64,000 bases of DNA. Source: Chthoniobacteraceae bacterium. GTDB lineage: Bacteria; Verrucomicrobiota; Verrucomicrobiia; Chthoniobacterales; Chthoniobacteraceae. The first letter of the stretch is position 1; the number at the start of each line of letters is the position of its first letter. Where the stretch lies: the NCBI GenBank assembly GCA_031409335.1, contig JANNWY010000083.1, positions 32,001-96,000 on the forward strand. The letters run 5' to 3'. Of this stretch, positions 1 to 9,817 are shown piece by piece. Below the pieces are notes generated by a model. That model had not been told where the DNA came from. It saw nothing but the letters and a program-made list of their open reading frames with translations, and ran no database searches. A program made the position numbers and the translations under genes.

Positions 1-918
1 GATCGCGCGCATCGGGCGGAAGATTCCATGCGCGCTGGTGAGATAGATATAGCCATGCGCGGTGACGGGCGTGGGCACCGGGATGTCGCCGCCGCCTTCG
101 AGTTTCCAAAGCTCTTTGCCGGTGGTGAAATCGTAACCGCCGCTGTGATGCCAGCCGTTCACTACGATCTGCGTGCGAGCAGCGGTGGTGATGACCGTGG
201 GCGTGCCCCACGTCGGCACATCCTTGCGCGGCGTGCGCCAGGTTTCTTTGCCATCGGCGAGATCGAAGACCGCGAGGAAGGAGTCCTTCTGCACATCGCA
301 AAGCACCACGACTTTGCCGTCGTGAATGACGGGTGAACTGGCAAAGCCCCACTGCGCGCTGGGCACGTTGTAGTAGCCGGAATCCATCGGCCCGAGATCG
401 GTCTTCCACGCCAGCTTTCCAGCCATGTCGAAACAGAACAGCCCTTCCGAACCCATGATCGCGACGATGCGTTTGCCGTCCGTGGCAGGCGTGGAATTGC
501 AGTGGCTCGACTTCGTGTGCCGCTGCACGCGCGGGACGGCCTCGAGCGCGAGCGTGTCCCAAACGACGCTGCCAGTCGCCTTGTCGAGCGCGAGCAGCCG
601 CCATTGATGCGGCTCCTTTTCCGTGACGGAGGCGATGTCGCCGTAAAGCCCCACCTTCAAATCCGCGCGGCCCGGTTTCACCGCCGTGGCGACATAGACA
701 CGATCGCCCCACACGATCGGTGCCGAATGCGCGAGCCCCGCGATCGGCGTTTGCCAGCGCACGTTCTCGGCGGTTTCCATTTTCCATGAAACGGGCGCGA
801 CCACCGCATCGGCGACGCCACTGGCCTGCGGTCCGCGGTATTGCGGCCAGTCCGCGCCTTCTACCGGGCCGCACGCAAACGCGGAAAACAGCAGCAGCGA
901 GAGGGCGTTGATTTTCAA
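1..918 (-). CDS. PQQ-like beta-propeller repeat protein (BamB-like), secreted; runs off the left edge
   Basis: Not in ORF track because no stop lies in the window. Manual translation from TTG at 918: MKINALSLLLFSAFACGPVEGADWPQYRGPQASG...VRWQTPIAGLAHSAPIVWGDRVYV, i.e. a signal peptide plus the DWPQxRGP and SxPIVWGDRVY motifs. Confidence 0.85.
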   Translation of the reverse strand, partial: MKINALSLLLFSAFACGPVEGADWPQYRGPQASGVADAVVAPVSWKMETAENVRWQTPIAGLAHSAPIVWGDRVYVATAVKPGRADLKVGLYGDIASVTEKEPHQWRLLALDKATGSVVWDTLALEAVPRVQRHTKSSHCNSTPATDGKRIVAIMGSEGLFCFDMAGKLAWKTDLGPMDSGYYNVPSAQWGFASSPVIHDGKVVVLCDVQKDSFLAVFDLADGKETWRTPRKDVPTWGTPTVITTAARTQIVVNGWHHSGGYDFTTGKELWKLEGGGDIPVPTPVTAHGYIYLTSAHGIFRPMRAI

Positions 919-927
919 GCGTGAAAG

Positions 928-2640
928 CTACCGCTCGGGGTCGCGTGGAAATTTCACGTACGGCAGCCGCGCGCCGCGGTAGGTGAATTGATCCGCGCGA
1001 ATCTCCGGCGCGGGCCGGTGGAAGCGCGTGCCGCTGATGCCGATGATGTCATCCTGATCCACGCCATCGCCGGAAATGCCGATCGCGCCGATGACCTTTC
1101 CATCGCGGTAAAGCGGGAAACCGCCGGGGAAAATCGTTATGCCGTTTGGCAGATTTGGATTGCCGGGAAAGAGCACGGCGGGATTTGGCGAGCGGCGCAG
1201 GCTCACCGCTTCCTGAAATCCGAAGAGCGGTCCGTGCTCGCGACCGTCGATTCCGGGCGGGTAAAATTTCTGCGCGAGGAAGCCGACCGAGCGGCTCGAC
1301 ATGGCAAACTGGCTGTTCGAGAAAAAGATCGCGGTGCGCGCTTTCTGCACGGCGACATCCCAACTGAAAATGGTGGCTTCACCAGTGCGAAAGACGCCCA
1401 GGATTTCCGGCTTCTCGCCAGCTTTGTCGGGATTCGCGACGACGCTGATGAAGACTTTCACGGAAGTGCCGATCGGCAGCCGGATGCCGGCGCGCGTGGT
1501 GAGCGCGCGGTTCGCGGCCATCTTGATCGCGCGCTCGACTTCATCCCGGCTGAGCCGACGCGCGACACCGCCGACTTTTCCGCGCGTGGGATGGTTGAGC
1601 AGCGGATCGTCGCGCAACGTGAACCGCACCTCGCCCTCGAAGTCGCCGTACGTTTCCCGCTTCCACGGATACGGCTGCGGCGAGGCTTTCGGGTCGAGGT
1701 CGATGCGCTCGCTTGCCGGGTCGATAGGATTGAGCGGGAGGCCGCGCACTGGCTGGCCAAACGTGCCGAGCGGTTTCGGATCATCCACATCCTCGATGTC
1801 ACCCTGGCGCTCGCCGACGTATGGGATGCGGATGCCGTTGATGAGCACGTTATTTGCGACGATCGAGCGGTTCGGACGGAAGCCAGTCTGACCCGCAAGC
1901 GCGACGAGTTCGTCGAGGTCGCGGCCTTGTTTGAAGCCAGTCGTCGCCTCGGTTTGCGTGTCTTTCAAAAAGATCGCCGCCGCCGGCGTAAGATCGGTCG
2001 GGCTGTTGTCGCCAGTGACGCCGATGCCGCCGACGAGGTGGCCGAGCTTGTAAAGCGGAACGCCGCCGGGCGAATCATTCAGCGACCCGAGCAGCACACT
2101 CGGCGCGCGCACGCCGGGCGAAGTGGTCGGATCGACCAGCGCCGTCGGATCGAAGCCGGGCCGGATATATTTCATGAAATTCACATCCGAAAAAAACAGG
2201 CTCGAAAGACCGACGCCGACGAGCGGACCCGTGCCGGTATTCCGCACGCCGGGCGGAAAGTGCTGTTGGATGATGAAACCCGCGGTGCGTGACGTGAAAG
2301 CCTGTTGATCGCTGCTCAGAAAGGCTGCGGCACCCGCGCGCGTGATGGCGGCGGCGAGCTTTCCGTAGAGCGCGATCTTGCTGCGATCGCTGAGGCTGAA
2401 AGGCGGGATGGGATTTGGGATGCGCCCGCCCATGTCCCACACGGCGAGGACGAATCCATCGCGATCAGTGACGGCAATGATCGCGCGCGGATCAATCCTC
2501 GCGGCCTCGGTCGCCGCGTTGGCGACGATGGTTTCGACCTCGCCTTTGGTGAGCTGCACCACATCGGCGCGGAGTTTTGTGAGGGAGCAAACGAAGGCCA
2601 AAATGGCCAGGCGGAGTATCGGACGGGTCAGACTTTTCAT
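928..2640 (-). CDS. Secreted heme-binding protein with two GlcG/HbpS-like domains
   Basis: Signal peptide; two copies of the GlcG signature (GGVPLYKLGHLVGGIGVTGD and FPGGFPLYRDGKVIGAIGISGDGVDQDD); IAVTDRDG and AVQKARTA motifs. Confidence 0.8.
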   Translation of the reverse strand: MKSLTRPILRLAILAFVCSLTKLRADVVQLTKGEVETIVANAATEAARIDPRAIIAVTDRDGFVLAVWDMGGRIPNPIPPFSLSDRSKIALYGKLAAAITRAGAAAFLSSDQQAFTSRTAGFIIQQHFPPGVRNTGTGPLVGVGLSSLFFSDVNFMKYIRPGFDPTALVDPTTSPGVRAPSVLLGSLNDSPGGVPLYKLGHLVGGIGVTGDNSPTDLTPAAAIFLKDTQTEATTGFKQGRDLDELVALAGQTGFRPNRSIVANNVLINGIRIPYVGERQGDIEDVDDPKPLGTFGQPVRGLPLNPIDPASERIDLDPKASPQPYPWKRETYGDFEGEVRFTLRDDPLLNHPTRGKVGGVARRLSRDEVERAIKMAANRALTTRAGIRLPIGTSVKVFISVVANPDKAGEKPEILGVFRTGEATIFSWDVAVQKARTAIFFSNSQFAMSSRSVGFLAQKFYPPGIDGREHGPLFGFQEAVSLRRSPNPAVLFPGNPNLPNGITIFPGGFPLYRDGKVIGAIGISGDGVDQDDIIGISGTRFHRPAPEIRADQFTYRGARLPYVKFPRDPER

Positions 2641-2795
2641 CGCGGATATCAGGAATAATCAGGATTCCGGGCCGAATCAAACCTGAACATTGCCGGCGAT
2701 TCCGCTCGGCGGTGATTCAATGTCGCGCAAGCCGCCCGGGCGTCAGCCTTTGAAGATTGGCATTTCGCCGAACGCTTGCGCCGGAAAAAAACTGG

Positions 2796-5700
2796 TCAGT
2801 TCTCGCGCAGCAGGAAGCGGAAGAACTGGCGTTCGCCGAGGCGCGGGCCGGTGACGTTCACGGGGACGCCGGGCGTGGCGAGGCTGTTGTTTCCGGGCAC
2901 GTTCCAGAGCGACCACGTTTGCAAATCGGTGGAAGTTTCGATTTGGAAAGAGCGATTCGCGGGGAGACTCACGGTGAGGGTGAAGTCGTTGCCAGGTGCG
3001 GCAAGTGATGGCGTGAAAAAGCTCGCGCCATTTTGTGGCGAAGTGCTGGCGAGAAATTCCTGCGCGTTGCTGTGGCCATCGGCGTCGGCGTCGGAGGCGG
3101 GGTCGCCTGCGGGGGAATTCGGCGAGCCGAAATTCGCGAGCCGCCATTGCGCGTAGGTTTGCTGCGACTGGAGCGCGGCAATCCATTCGGTGAGCAGCGC
3201 GATTCCGGACTGATCGAGTTCGTTGCTGCCGAGCGGCGGCATTCGCGTGAAGCCGTTTTGGACGGCGATGCGGTTGAACACGATGGAATTTCCGGTGAGG
3301 CCGGGGACGATGAGACGGTTCGCGGCGTTGCTGCCGTTTTGCGTGGCGGGGCCGTTGATGAGCAGGGTTTGCGCGAGCGTGCGGTGGGCGCGGGCGTCGA
3401 AGCTCGGCGGCGGGGCGCTGCCGGGCTGGTGGCAGTTCGCGCAATTCACGTCGAGATACGAGCGCACGCGGGCCTCGACGGGGAATTGCGTTTCGTTTGC
3501 CGCGATGTGACGCGGGAGCAGATTCGGTGAGTCGGGTGTGTTGGAAAAGTAGCCCGCGCTTTGCAGCAGCGTGAGTTGGTTGCCGGCGAAGCCGTGGATG
3601 TTTTCCACGCGATTGAGCTGCCGCGTGTTGAAGGAAAGCGCATGGCCGGCACCGGCATTGTGGCACGTTACGCACTCGCCGCGGCTCGGGATGCGATAGG
3701 TTTGCACGCGCGGATTTCCGTTTTCGATCACGTTGATGCCAAACGATTCGCCCGCATCCGCGACGAGCGTGGCTTCGGTTTGCGCGGCGTTCCAGCGGTA
3801 GCTCACGCCGTAAGTTCCCCCCGCATTTTTCACGAGCACGCGCGTCTCGATGCGCTGCGATGTGGCGGGATTTCCGCGCGTGGTTTCGAGGTCGAAATGT
3901 TTCACCCAAATCATCCCATCCGGGAATGTCCACGCGCCGTCGCGGCTCCACGTCAGCGTGCTCGCCGCGTCGGGCACGATGAACCAGCGGCGCTTGTCCG
4001 CGAAGTCGCTCCAGAACGGCACATTGATGAAGTACGGCAGCACGCCGGGCGCGGGCGCGAGGTCGGCGAGGTCGGAGAAAAGTCCCGTCGCGCTGAGCGT
4101 CGCGGGATACGCGCCGGTGTCCGCGCCCGCGACGAGCCGCAGGATGCGCCCCTCGACGATATCGACCATCAGCACGTCTCCGTTCGACGGGTCCGCGCCG
4201 AACGCGACCTGATTCGCATTGCCCGTGAGCCGCTCGATCGCGACCGACGGCGTGCGCCGCAACGCCCAGATGTGACCGTCCACGTAGTCGCCGAAAATGT
4301 AAGCGCCGGTGAGCGCGGGCAGATTCGCGCCGCGATAGACGATGCCGCCGGTGATCGAGTGGCCCTGAAATTCACCGTTGCCGAGCGCGTATTCGTAGAG
4401 CGGATTGGTGAAAGTAAAACCCGGCAGCGCCTCGCCCGCATTCGGTCCGGTGAGCGTGCCTTCGCGCCACGACCAGCCAAAGTTCGCGCCGTTCGTGGCG
4501 AGGTTGATTTCCTCGCGCTGCACCTGCCCGACATCGCCGATCCAGATTTCGCCGGTCGGCGCATCCACGGAAAAGCGGAACGGATTGCGCAGCCCGACGC
4601 TGAAAAATTCCGTGCGCACATTTGCCGCCGGGATGTTCACGCCGTTGAAAGTGACGGTCGGATTTGCGGTGACGAATGGATTGTTCACGGGCACCGAATA
4701 GCGCGCGATCCCGGCATCGCGCGGCACGCTGGCGTGGAGATTCGGCTCGGGATTTCCGGGCAACTTGTCCACATCGAGACGCATGAGCGCGCAGAAAAAA
4801 TTCAGGTCGATGCGCTGCCCCTGCCGCCGCGAATCGAACTGCTCGCCGCCATCGCCGCTCGACACATAGAGATAGCCGCCGGTGCCGAAATGCATGTCCG
4901 TGCCGAGGTGATAGCCGAATTGATCGGCCTGCTGAATGAGCACGACTTCGCTCGCCGTGTCCGCCGCATTCGGATTCCCCACCTGCGCGGTGAAGCGCGA
5001 GATGCGATAGAAATTCTGCCCGCCCGCCGCGACCGAATACCACGCGAAGAAACGCCGGTTCGCCGCGTGCTGCGGATGAAACGCCATGCTCATTAGCCCG
5101 CGATCCACGCTATTCAGCAGCGTCTCGCCGCGCGACGAGCAGAGCACCGCGAGATCGAGGAACACGGACGACGACGGCGAGGGCGCGGTGACATTTGGAA
5201 TGACGCGAATCGTCCCGCCGCGCTGCACGACGAAAAGCCGCTGCGCATCGCCAGGCACCGTCGCGATGTTGATCGGCTGCGTGAACGTGAGCGCACCAAA
5301 CGCGGGCGTGGTCGTGTAGGTCGTCGTGGGCGGCGTGCTCGGCACGTTCAGCGTCGCATTTGGAATACGGAGCGAAGGCGCAAACGTGAGCGTGACCGCG
5401 ACCGGCGCGGCAAATCCGCCCGCACTATTCACGCGATACGTGAAGCTGTCCGACACGGGCGAACCCGTCGTGTGCGTGTAAAGAATCCGCCCGCTCGCAT
5501 CCGGCACCGCGGTGCCACTCGCAGGCGGCGTCACGATTTCCACGGTCGCCGGATTCCCGCCGGGCGCATCGTTCGCAAGCACGGCGACGCGCACCTTTTG
5601 CAAATGATGCAGCGTCGCAGCATCCGGCTGGAGCACCGGCGGCGCGAACGACGCATCCCGCCCCGCCGCAAAACTCGCCGCGATGTCCGTCGGCGCGAGC

Positions 5701-6464
5701 GCGTGATCGTGGATGCGCACCTCGTCGTAGGCCGCGTGCGCCATCGCAAGGCTGTTCCATTGCGAGCGCCCGAGCCAATTGTTCACGTCTTCAATCTCGC
5801 TGAGGTGAAACGCGACGTTGCCCGAACGCGCAAGCACGCCGTTGCGATACCACGCGACATTGCCGCCGCCCGGCGTGTCCTGAAACGTGAAGACGTAGTG
5901 ATACGTCGTGCCGAGCGTGGTCGCGAGCGTGTCGTCGAGATACACCGGCGAGCCGCCATTGATCCGCGCGCCGAGCCGCTGGGAATTGATGTTCGTGTCG
6001 CGATTGAAAAGCAGCGCGATGCCGTCGCTCGTCTCGGAAGCAGGCACGTTCGCGCCGGTCGTGCCCGTCCACTCGCCCGCCGCTCCCGCGCCATCGCCCG
6101 CGATATTCATGCGACCAAAGTCGAACATGAGCTGGAAAAAACGCGCGCTGATGGGCGCGGCCCAAATCTCGACGGTGAGATTCGTCTTCGAGGAGACGAG
6201 CCCATTCGGCAGATTCAAATACGCCGAACTCGTCGCGTCCGGCTGATCGCAATTCGTCGTCCCCGGCAGCGTGATGCGCACGCCATTGAGCGCCGCGCCA
6301 TTCCCCCGCACCTGTAGCGGCACGGCGGAGATCGTGTCATTGAAAACGCTGCCGTGCGGCGCGGCACCCGCGGCTTGATTGAACGACCAGCGATTCACGA
6401 GTGCGGCAGCCGCATCGTGCGCGAGTGCGGCGAGGGTGAGCAGGATGAAGAGGCGCGAGTTCAC
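2796..6464 (-). CDS. Large secreted protein: LamG-like + Ig-like + PQQ-dependent sugar dehydrogenase (GSDH) propeller + di-heme cytochrome c + C-terminal domain
   Basis: In-frame GTG at 6464 starts a signal peptide (NSRLFILLTLAALAHDAAA). LamG motifs (NWLGRSQW, YDEVRIHD); GSDH motifs (GYLYVSSGDGG, GLRNPFRFSVD, IGDVGQ, SITGGIVYRG); CxxCH at 3660-3674 and 3429-3443; RMPPLG. Confidence 0.85.
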   Translation of the reverse strand: MNSRLFILLTLAALAHDAAAALVNRWSFNQAAGAAPHGSVFNDTISAVPLQVRGNGAALNGVRITLPGTTNCDQPDATSSAYLNLPNGLVSSKTNLTVEIWAAPISARFFQLMFDFGRMNIAGDGAGAAGEWTGTTGANVPASETSDGIALLFNRDTNINSQRLGARINGGSPVYLDDTLATTLGTTYHYVFTFQDTPGGGNVAWYRNGVLARSGNVAFHLSEIEDVNNWLGRSQWNSLAMAHAAYDEVRIHDHALAPTDIAASFAAGRDASFAPPVLQPDAATLHHLQKVRVAVLANDAPGGNPATVEIVTPPASGTAVPDASGRILYTHTTGSPVSDSFTYRVNSAGGFAAPVAVTLTFAPSLRIPNATLNVPSTPPTTTYTTTPAFGALTFTQPINIATVPGDAQRLFVVQRGGTIRVIPNVTAPSPSSSVFLDLAVLCSSRGETLLNSVDRGLMSMAFHPQHAANRRFFAWYSVAAGGQNFYRISRFTAQVGNPNAADTASEVVLIQQADQFGYHLGTDMHFGTGGYLYVSSGDGGEQFDSRRQGQRIDLNFFCALMRLDVDKLPGNPEPNLHASVPRDAGIARYSVPVNNPFVTANPTVTFNGVNIPAANVRTEFFSVGLRNPFRFSVDAPTGEIWIGDVGQVQREEINLATNGANFGWSWREGTLTGPNAGEALPGFTFTNPLYEYALGNGEFQGHSITGGIVYRGANLPALTGAYIFGDYVDGHIWALRRTPSVAIERLTGNANQVAFGADPSNGDVLMVDIVEGRILRLVAGADTGAYPATLSATGLFSDLADLAPAPGVLPYFINVPFWSDFADKRRWFIVPDAASTLTWSRDGAWTFPDGMIWVKHFDLETTRGNPATSQRIETRVLVKNAGGTYGVSYRWNAAQTEATLVADAGESFGINVIENGNPRVQTYRIPSRGECVTCHNAGAGHALSFNTRQLNRVENIHGFAGNQLTLLQSAGYFSNTPDSPNLLPRHIAANETQFPVEARVRSYLDVNCANCHQPGSAPPPSFDARAHRTLAQTLLINGPATQNGSNAANRLIVPGLTGNSIVFNRIAVQNGFTRMPPLGSNELDQSGIALLTEWIAALQSQQTYAQWRLANFGSPNSPAGDPASDADADGHSNAQEFLASTSPQNGASFFTPSLAAPGNDFTLTVSLPANRSFQIETSTDLQTWSLWNVPGNNSLATPGVPVNVTGPRLGERQFFRFLLREN

Positions 6465-6595
6465 TGCCGGTGTATTCAGGGGCGGCGGGAAATCGTTACA
6501 GCCATTCGCCCGCTTTTTCAAAAAGTTCGGCGGATCGTTGCCGACTGCTGGCTGGAATTCGCCCCGCCGCGCGGCTATCTGAATGGAAACCCGCG

Positions 6596-8341
6596 ATGCC
6601 AGACCCATCCTCACGCCTGACCCGCGCCGATGCCCGCGATTTCTTCCGCGCTGCCCTCGGCGGCGACGCGGAATCCGACTCGGGATGGAGCCCGCCATCG
6701 CCGCAGGCACTCGCGCCATTTTTCCCCGGCTACGCGATCGAGACGCTGCTCGGGCGCGGTGGAATGGGCGCGGTGTATCGCGCGCGGCAGCTTTCGCTGG
6801 GCCGCGCGGTTGCGCTGAAACTGCTGCCGTTTGCGCTCGGCGTGCACGAGGATTTTGCGGAGCGCTTTCGCCGCGAGGCCGCGGCGCTCGCGCGGCTGAA
6901 TCATCCGCACATCGTCGCCGTGCATGATTTCGGTCAGGCGGATGACGGGCATTTTTTCATGTTGATGGAATTCGTCGAGGGGACCGATCTCGCCGCGCAT
7001 CTTCACACCCACGGGCCGCTCGCGCCGGATGCCGCGCTCGCGATCATTCGCCAAGTGTGCGACGCGCTGGAATACGCGCACGCGCACGGCATCGTCCATC
7101 GCGACATCAAACCCGCGAACATCCTGCTCGACTCCACAGGCCGCGTGAAAGTGAGTGATTTCGGCATCGCGCAATTCGCCCCCGACGAGGCAACGCCGCA
7201 ACTCACCGGCACCGGCACCCTGCTCGGCACGCCGGACTACACCGCGCCCGAGCAACTCGCCCGCCGCGCCGACGCTGATCATCGCGCGGATATTTTCAGC
7301 GTCGGAGTCGTGCTCTACGAAACGCTCACCGGCCAGTTGCCGCGCGGCATCTTTCGCCCCGTGTCCGAAATCGTGCCCGCCGCGCGCGGGCTGGATCGCG
7401 TGATCACGCGCGCGCTTCAGAGCGAGCCGGAAAGGCGCTACCTCTCCGTGCAGGAAATGCGCGGTGAACTGATCGCGCCAAAGCGCGCGGACCGTCATCG
7501 GATGATGCGGTTTCTAAATGTCGCGGGCGCGCTCGTCGTCGCGGGCGCGCTCGCGGTTCCGCTCGTGAATTGGCGCATGAAAAAAGCGGTCGTGCCGCCA
7601 TTTGAAAACAGCCTCGGCATTCGCTTCGTGCCCGCCGGCACGCCGGGCGTTCTCTTCGCCACATGCCAGACGCGCGTGCGGGATTTCGCGGCTTTTGTAA
7701 AAGCGCACGAACCATGGGATGGCGCGCCGATTTTCGTGAACTACGTCGGGAATTCCGAGAGCTGGCAACCGAGCAATCTGTCGTGGAGCGATCCGGGTTT
7801 TCCGCAAACGCCGGAGCATCCCGTGGTCGGCGTATCGCAGTTGGATGCGACGGCATTTTGCGCGTGGCTGACGGAGTATGAGCGAAAATCAGAACGAATC
7901 GGCACCACGGATTTTTACCGCCTGCCGAAAGACGAGGAGTGGAACGTGGCCGCGGGATTGAGCGCCGACGTGCATGATCCCGCGGGCGTTTTCCTCTGGC
8001 GCGGGAGTTTTCCGCCGCCTTCGTACGAGGGGAATTTCGCTGGCGAAGAATTGCGCGAAGATGAGCGCTTCGCAAAATTTGAAGTCATCGCGGGCTATCG
8101 CGACGCGTTTCGTTTCACCTCGCCAGTCGGGTCATTTCCGCCAAATCCCCACGGCCTCCACGATCTCGGCGGCAACGTGACCGAGTGGCTGCACAGCGAC
8201 GAACTGCGCCAGGCGCGAATGCGCGGTGGAAATTGGTGGGACGCATCCGCAGCATCGCTTGATGCCGGCAAGCGCCGCACGCACGAGCGGACGATGCGCG
8301 CATTCACCTCCGGCTTTCGCATCGTGCTCGTCCGCCAGTGA
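6596..8341 (+). CDS. Ser/Thr protein kinase with TM helix and C-terminal FGE/SUMF1-like domain
   Basis: LGRGGMGAVY, VALK, HRDIKPANILL, DFG, GTPDYTAPEQ; TM segment; FENSLGIRFVP, HPVVGVS, TSPVGSFPPNPHGLHDLGGNVTEW, GFRIV. Start moved to ATG 6596. Confidence 0.9.
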   Translation: MPDPSSRLTRADARDFFRAALGGDAESDSGWSPPSPQALAPFFPGYAIETLLGRGGMGAVYRARQLSLGRAVALKLLPFALGVHEDFAERFRREAAALARLNHPHIVAVHDFGQADDGHFFMLMEFVEGTDLAAHLHTHGPLAPDAALAIIRQVCDALEYAHAHGIVHRDIKPANILLDSTGRVKVSDFGIAQFAPDEATPQLTGTGTLLGTPDYTAPEQLARRADADHRADIFSVGVVLYETLTGQLPRGIFRPVSEIVPAARGLDRVITRALQSEPERRYLSVQEMRGELIAPKRADRHRMMRFLNVAGALVVAGALAVPLVNWRMKKAVVPPFENSLGIRFVPAGTPGVLFATCQTRVRDFAAFVKAHEPWDGAPIFVNYVGNSESWQPSNLSWSDPGFPQTPEHPVVGVSQLDATAFCAWLTEYERKSERIGTTDFYRLPKDEEWNVAAGLSADVHDPAGVFLWRGSFPPPSYEGNFAGEELREDERFAKFEVIAGYRDAFRFTSPVGSFPPNPHGLHDLGGNVTEWLHSDELRQARMRGGNWWDASAASLDAGKRRTHERTMRAFTSGFRIVLVRQ

Positions 8342-8358
8342 GCCCTCGGCGAATCCGG

Positions 8359-8434
8359 TGGTGGAGGTAAGGGGATTCGAACCCCTGGCCTCGTCATTGC
8401 GAACGACGCGCTCTACCAACTGAGCTATACCCCC
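8359..8434 (-). tRNA. tRNA-Ala (anticodon CGC)
   Basis: Reverse complement GGGGGTATAGCTCAGTTGGTAGAGCGCGTCGTTCGCAATGACGAGGCCAGGGGTTCGAATCCCCTTACCTCCACCA: cloverleaf, G3:U70 Ala determinant, encoded CCA. Confidence 0.97.
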
Positions 8435-8566
8435 CGTGGATCACCGAGCGCGCAATAAAGGCGGGCGCATCGCCGTCGTCAAGCGCACGCTCACTTTTCG
8501 TGTCACACGCGGCTTTCGCAGTTGATTGGCGAGCGACCGCCGCGCGAATCTGCGGCCCTCATTTCT

Positions 8567-9757
8567 ATGTTCGGCAAATTCCAAGATCATCTCCGCCAGC
8601 AGCTCGCCGATATCCGCGCCGCGGGACTTTACAAAAACGAGCGCGCGATCACGACCCCGCAGGCCGCGCGCATCCGCGTGGCCGACGGGCGCGAGGTGCT
8701 GAATATGTGCGCCAACAATTACCTCGGCCTCGCGGATGATCCGTCCGTGCTCGCGGCGGGGCACGCAGCGCTGGATCGCTGGGGCTACGGGCTGGCGAGC
8801 GTGCGGTTCATTTGCGGGACGCAGGAACTCCACAAACTGCTCGAACGGGCGCTCAGCGAATTCCTCGGGACGGAGGATACGATCCTGTATTCATCGTGCT
8901 TCGACGCGAACGGCGGGCTCTTTGAAACGTTGCTCGGCGCGGAGGACGCGATCATTTCCGATGAGCTGAATCACGCCTCGATCATCGACGGCATCCGCCT
9001 CTGCAAAGCTGCCCGTTTTCGCTACAAAAATAACGACATGGCCGATCTCGAAGCGAAGCTGCGCGAGGCCGCGGAGAAAGGCGCGCGTTTCACAATGATC
9101 GCGACCGACGGCGTGTTTTCGATGGACGGCTACATCGCGAATCTCGCCGCCGTCTGCGATCTCGCGGACAAATTCGGCGCGCTCGTGATGGTCGATGATT
9201 CGCACGCGGTCGGATTCATGGGCGCGCGCGGACGCGGCACGCACGAGCACTGCGGCGTGATGCAGCGCGTGGACATCCTCACCGGCACGCTCGGCAAGGC
9301 GCTCGGCGGCGCGAGCGGCGGCTACACCAGCGGGCGGCGCGAGATCATCGAGCTGCTGCGCCAGCGGTCGCGCCCGTATCTTTTTTCAAACACGCTCGCG
9401 CCATCCATCGCGGGCGGATCGCTCCGGGTTTTGGAAATGCTGACGCAGTCCCCTGCCCTGCGCGACAAGCTCGAGGCGAACACGAAATTCTTCCGCGCCG
9501 AGATGACCGCGCGCGGTTTCAACATCCTCCCCGGCACGCATCCGATCGTGCCGATCATGCTCGGCGACGCCCCGCTCGCGCAGCGTTTCGCGGAGGCCAT
9601 GCTCGCGCGCGGTGTCTATGTCGTCGGCTTTTTCTACCCCGTCGTCCCGCAGGGAAAAGCGCGCATCCGCACGCAAATCAGCGCGGCGCATTCGCGGGAG
9701 GATTTGGTTTTTGCGATCGAGCAATTCAGCGCAGTGAAGGCGGAATTCGGCCTGTGA
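8567..9757 (+). CDS. kbl: Glycine C-acetyltransferase (2-amino-3-ketobutyrate CoA ligase)
   Basis: [42 protein letters not shown] (PLP lysine), [12 protein letters not shown]. Confidence 0.95.
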   Translation: MFGKFQDHLRQQLADIRAAGLYKNERAITTPQAARIRVADGREVLNMCANNYLGLADDPSVLAAGHAALDRWGYGLASVRFICGTQELHKLLERALSEFLGTEDTILYSSCFDANGGLFETLLGAEDAIISDELNHASIIDGIRLCKAARFRYKNNDMADLEAKLREAAEKGARFTMIATDGVFSMDGYIANLAAVCDLADKFGALVMVDDSHAVGFMGARGRGTHEHCGVMQRVDILTGTLGKALGGASGGYTSGRREIIELLRQRSRPYLFSNTLAPSIAGGSLRVLEMLTQSPALRDKLEANTKFFRAEMTARGFNILPGTHPIVPIMLGDAPLAQRFAEAMLARGVYVVGFFYPVVPQGKARIRTQISAAHSREDLVFAIEQFSAVKAEFGL

Positions 9758-9817
9758 GCGCGGGGCACAAGCGCCTTCCCGACTGGCACAAACATCGCTA
9801 ACTATCCCGCACCAATC

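Noticed and set aside
7590..8341. FGE-fold domain as a DGR target or as the sulfatase-maturing enzyme
   Set aside because: No template repeat or reverse transcriptase seen in the window, and the catalytic Cys pair of true FGE is absent.
8567..9757. kbl as a serine palmitoyltransferase feeding the glycosyl cluster
   Set aside because: Kbl-specific motifs ([20 protein letters not shown]) are intact.
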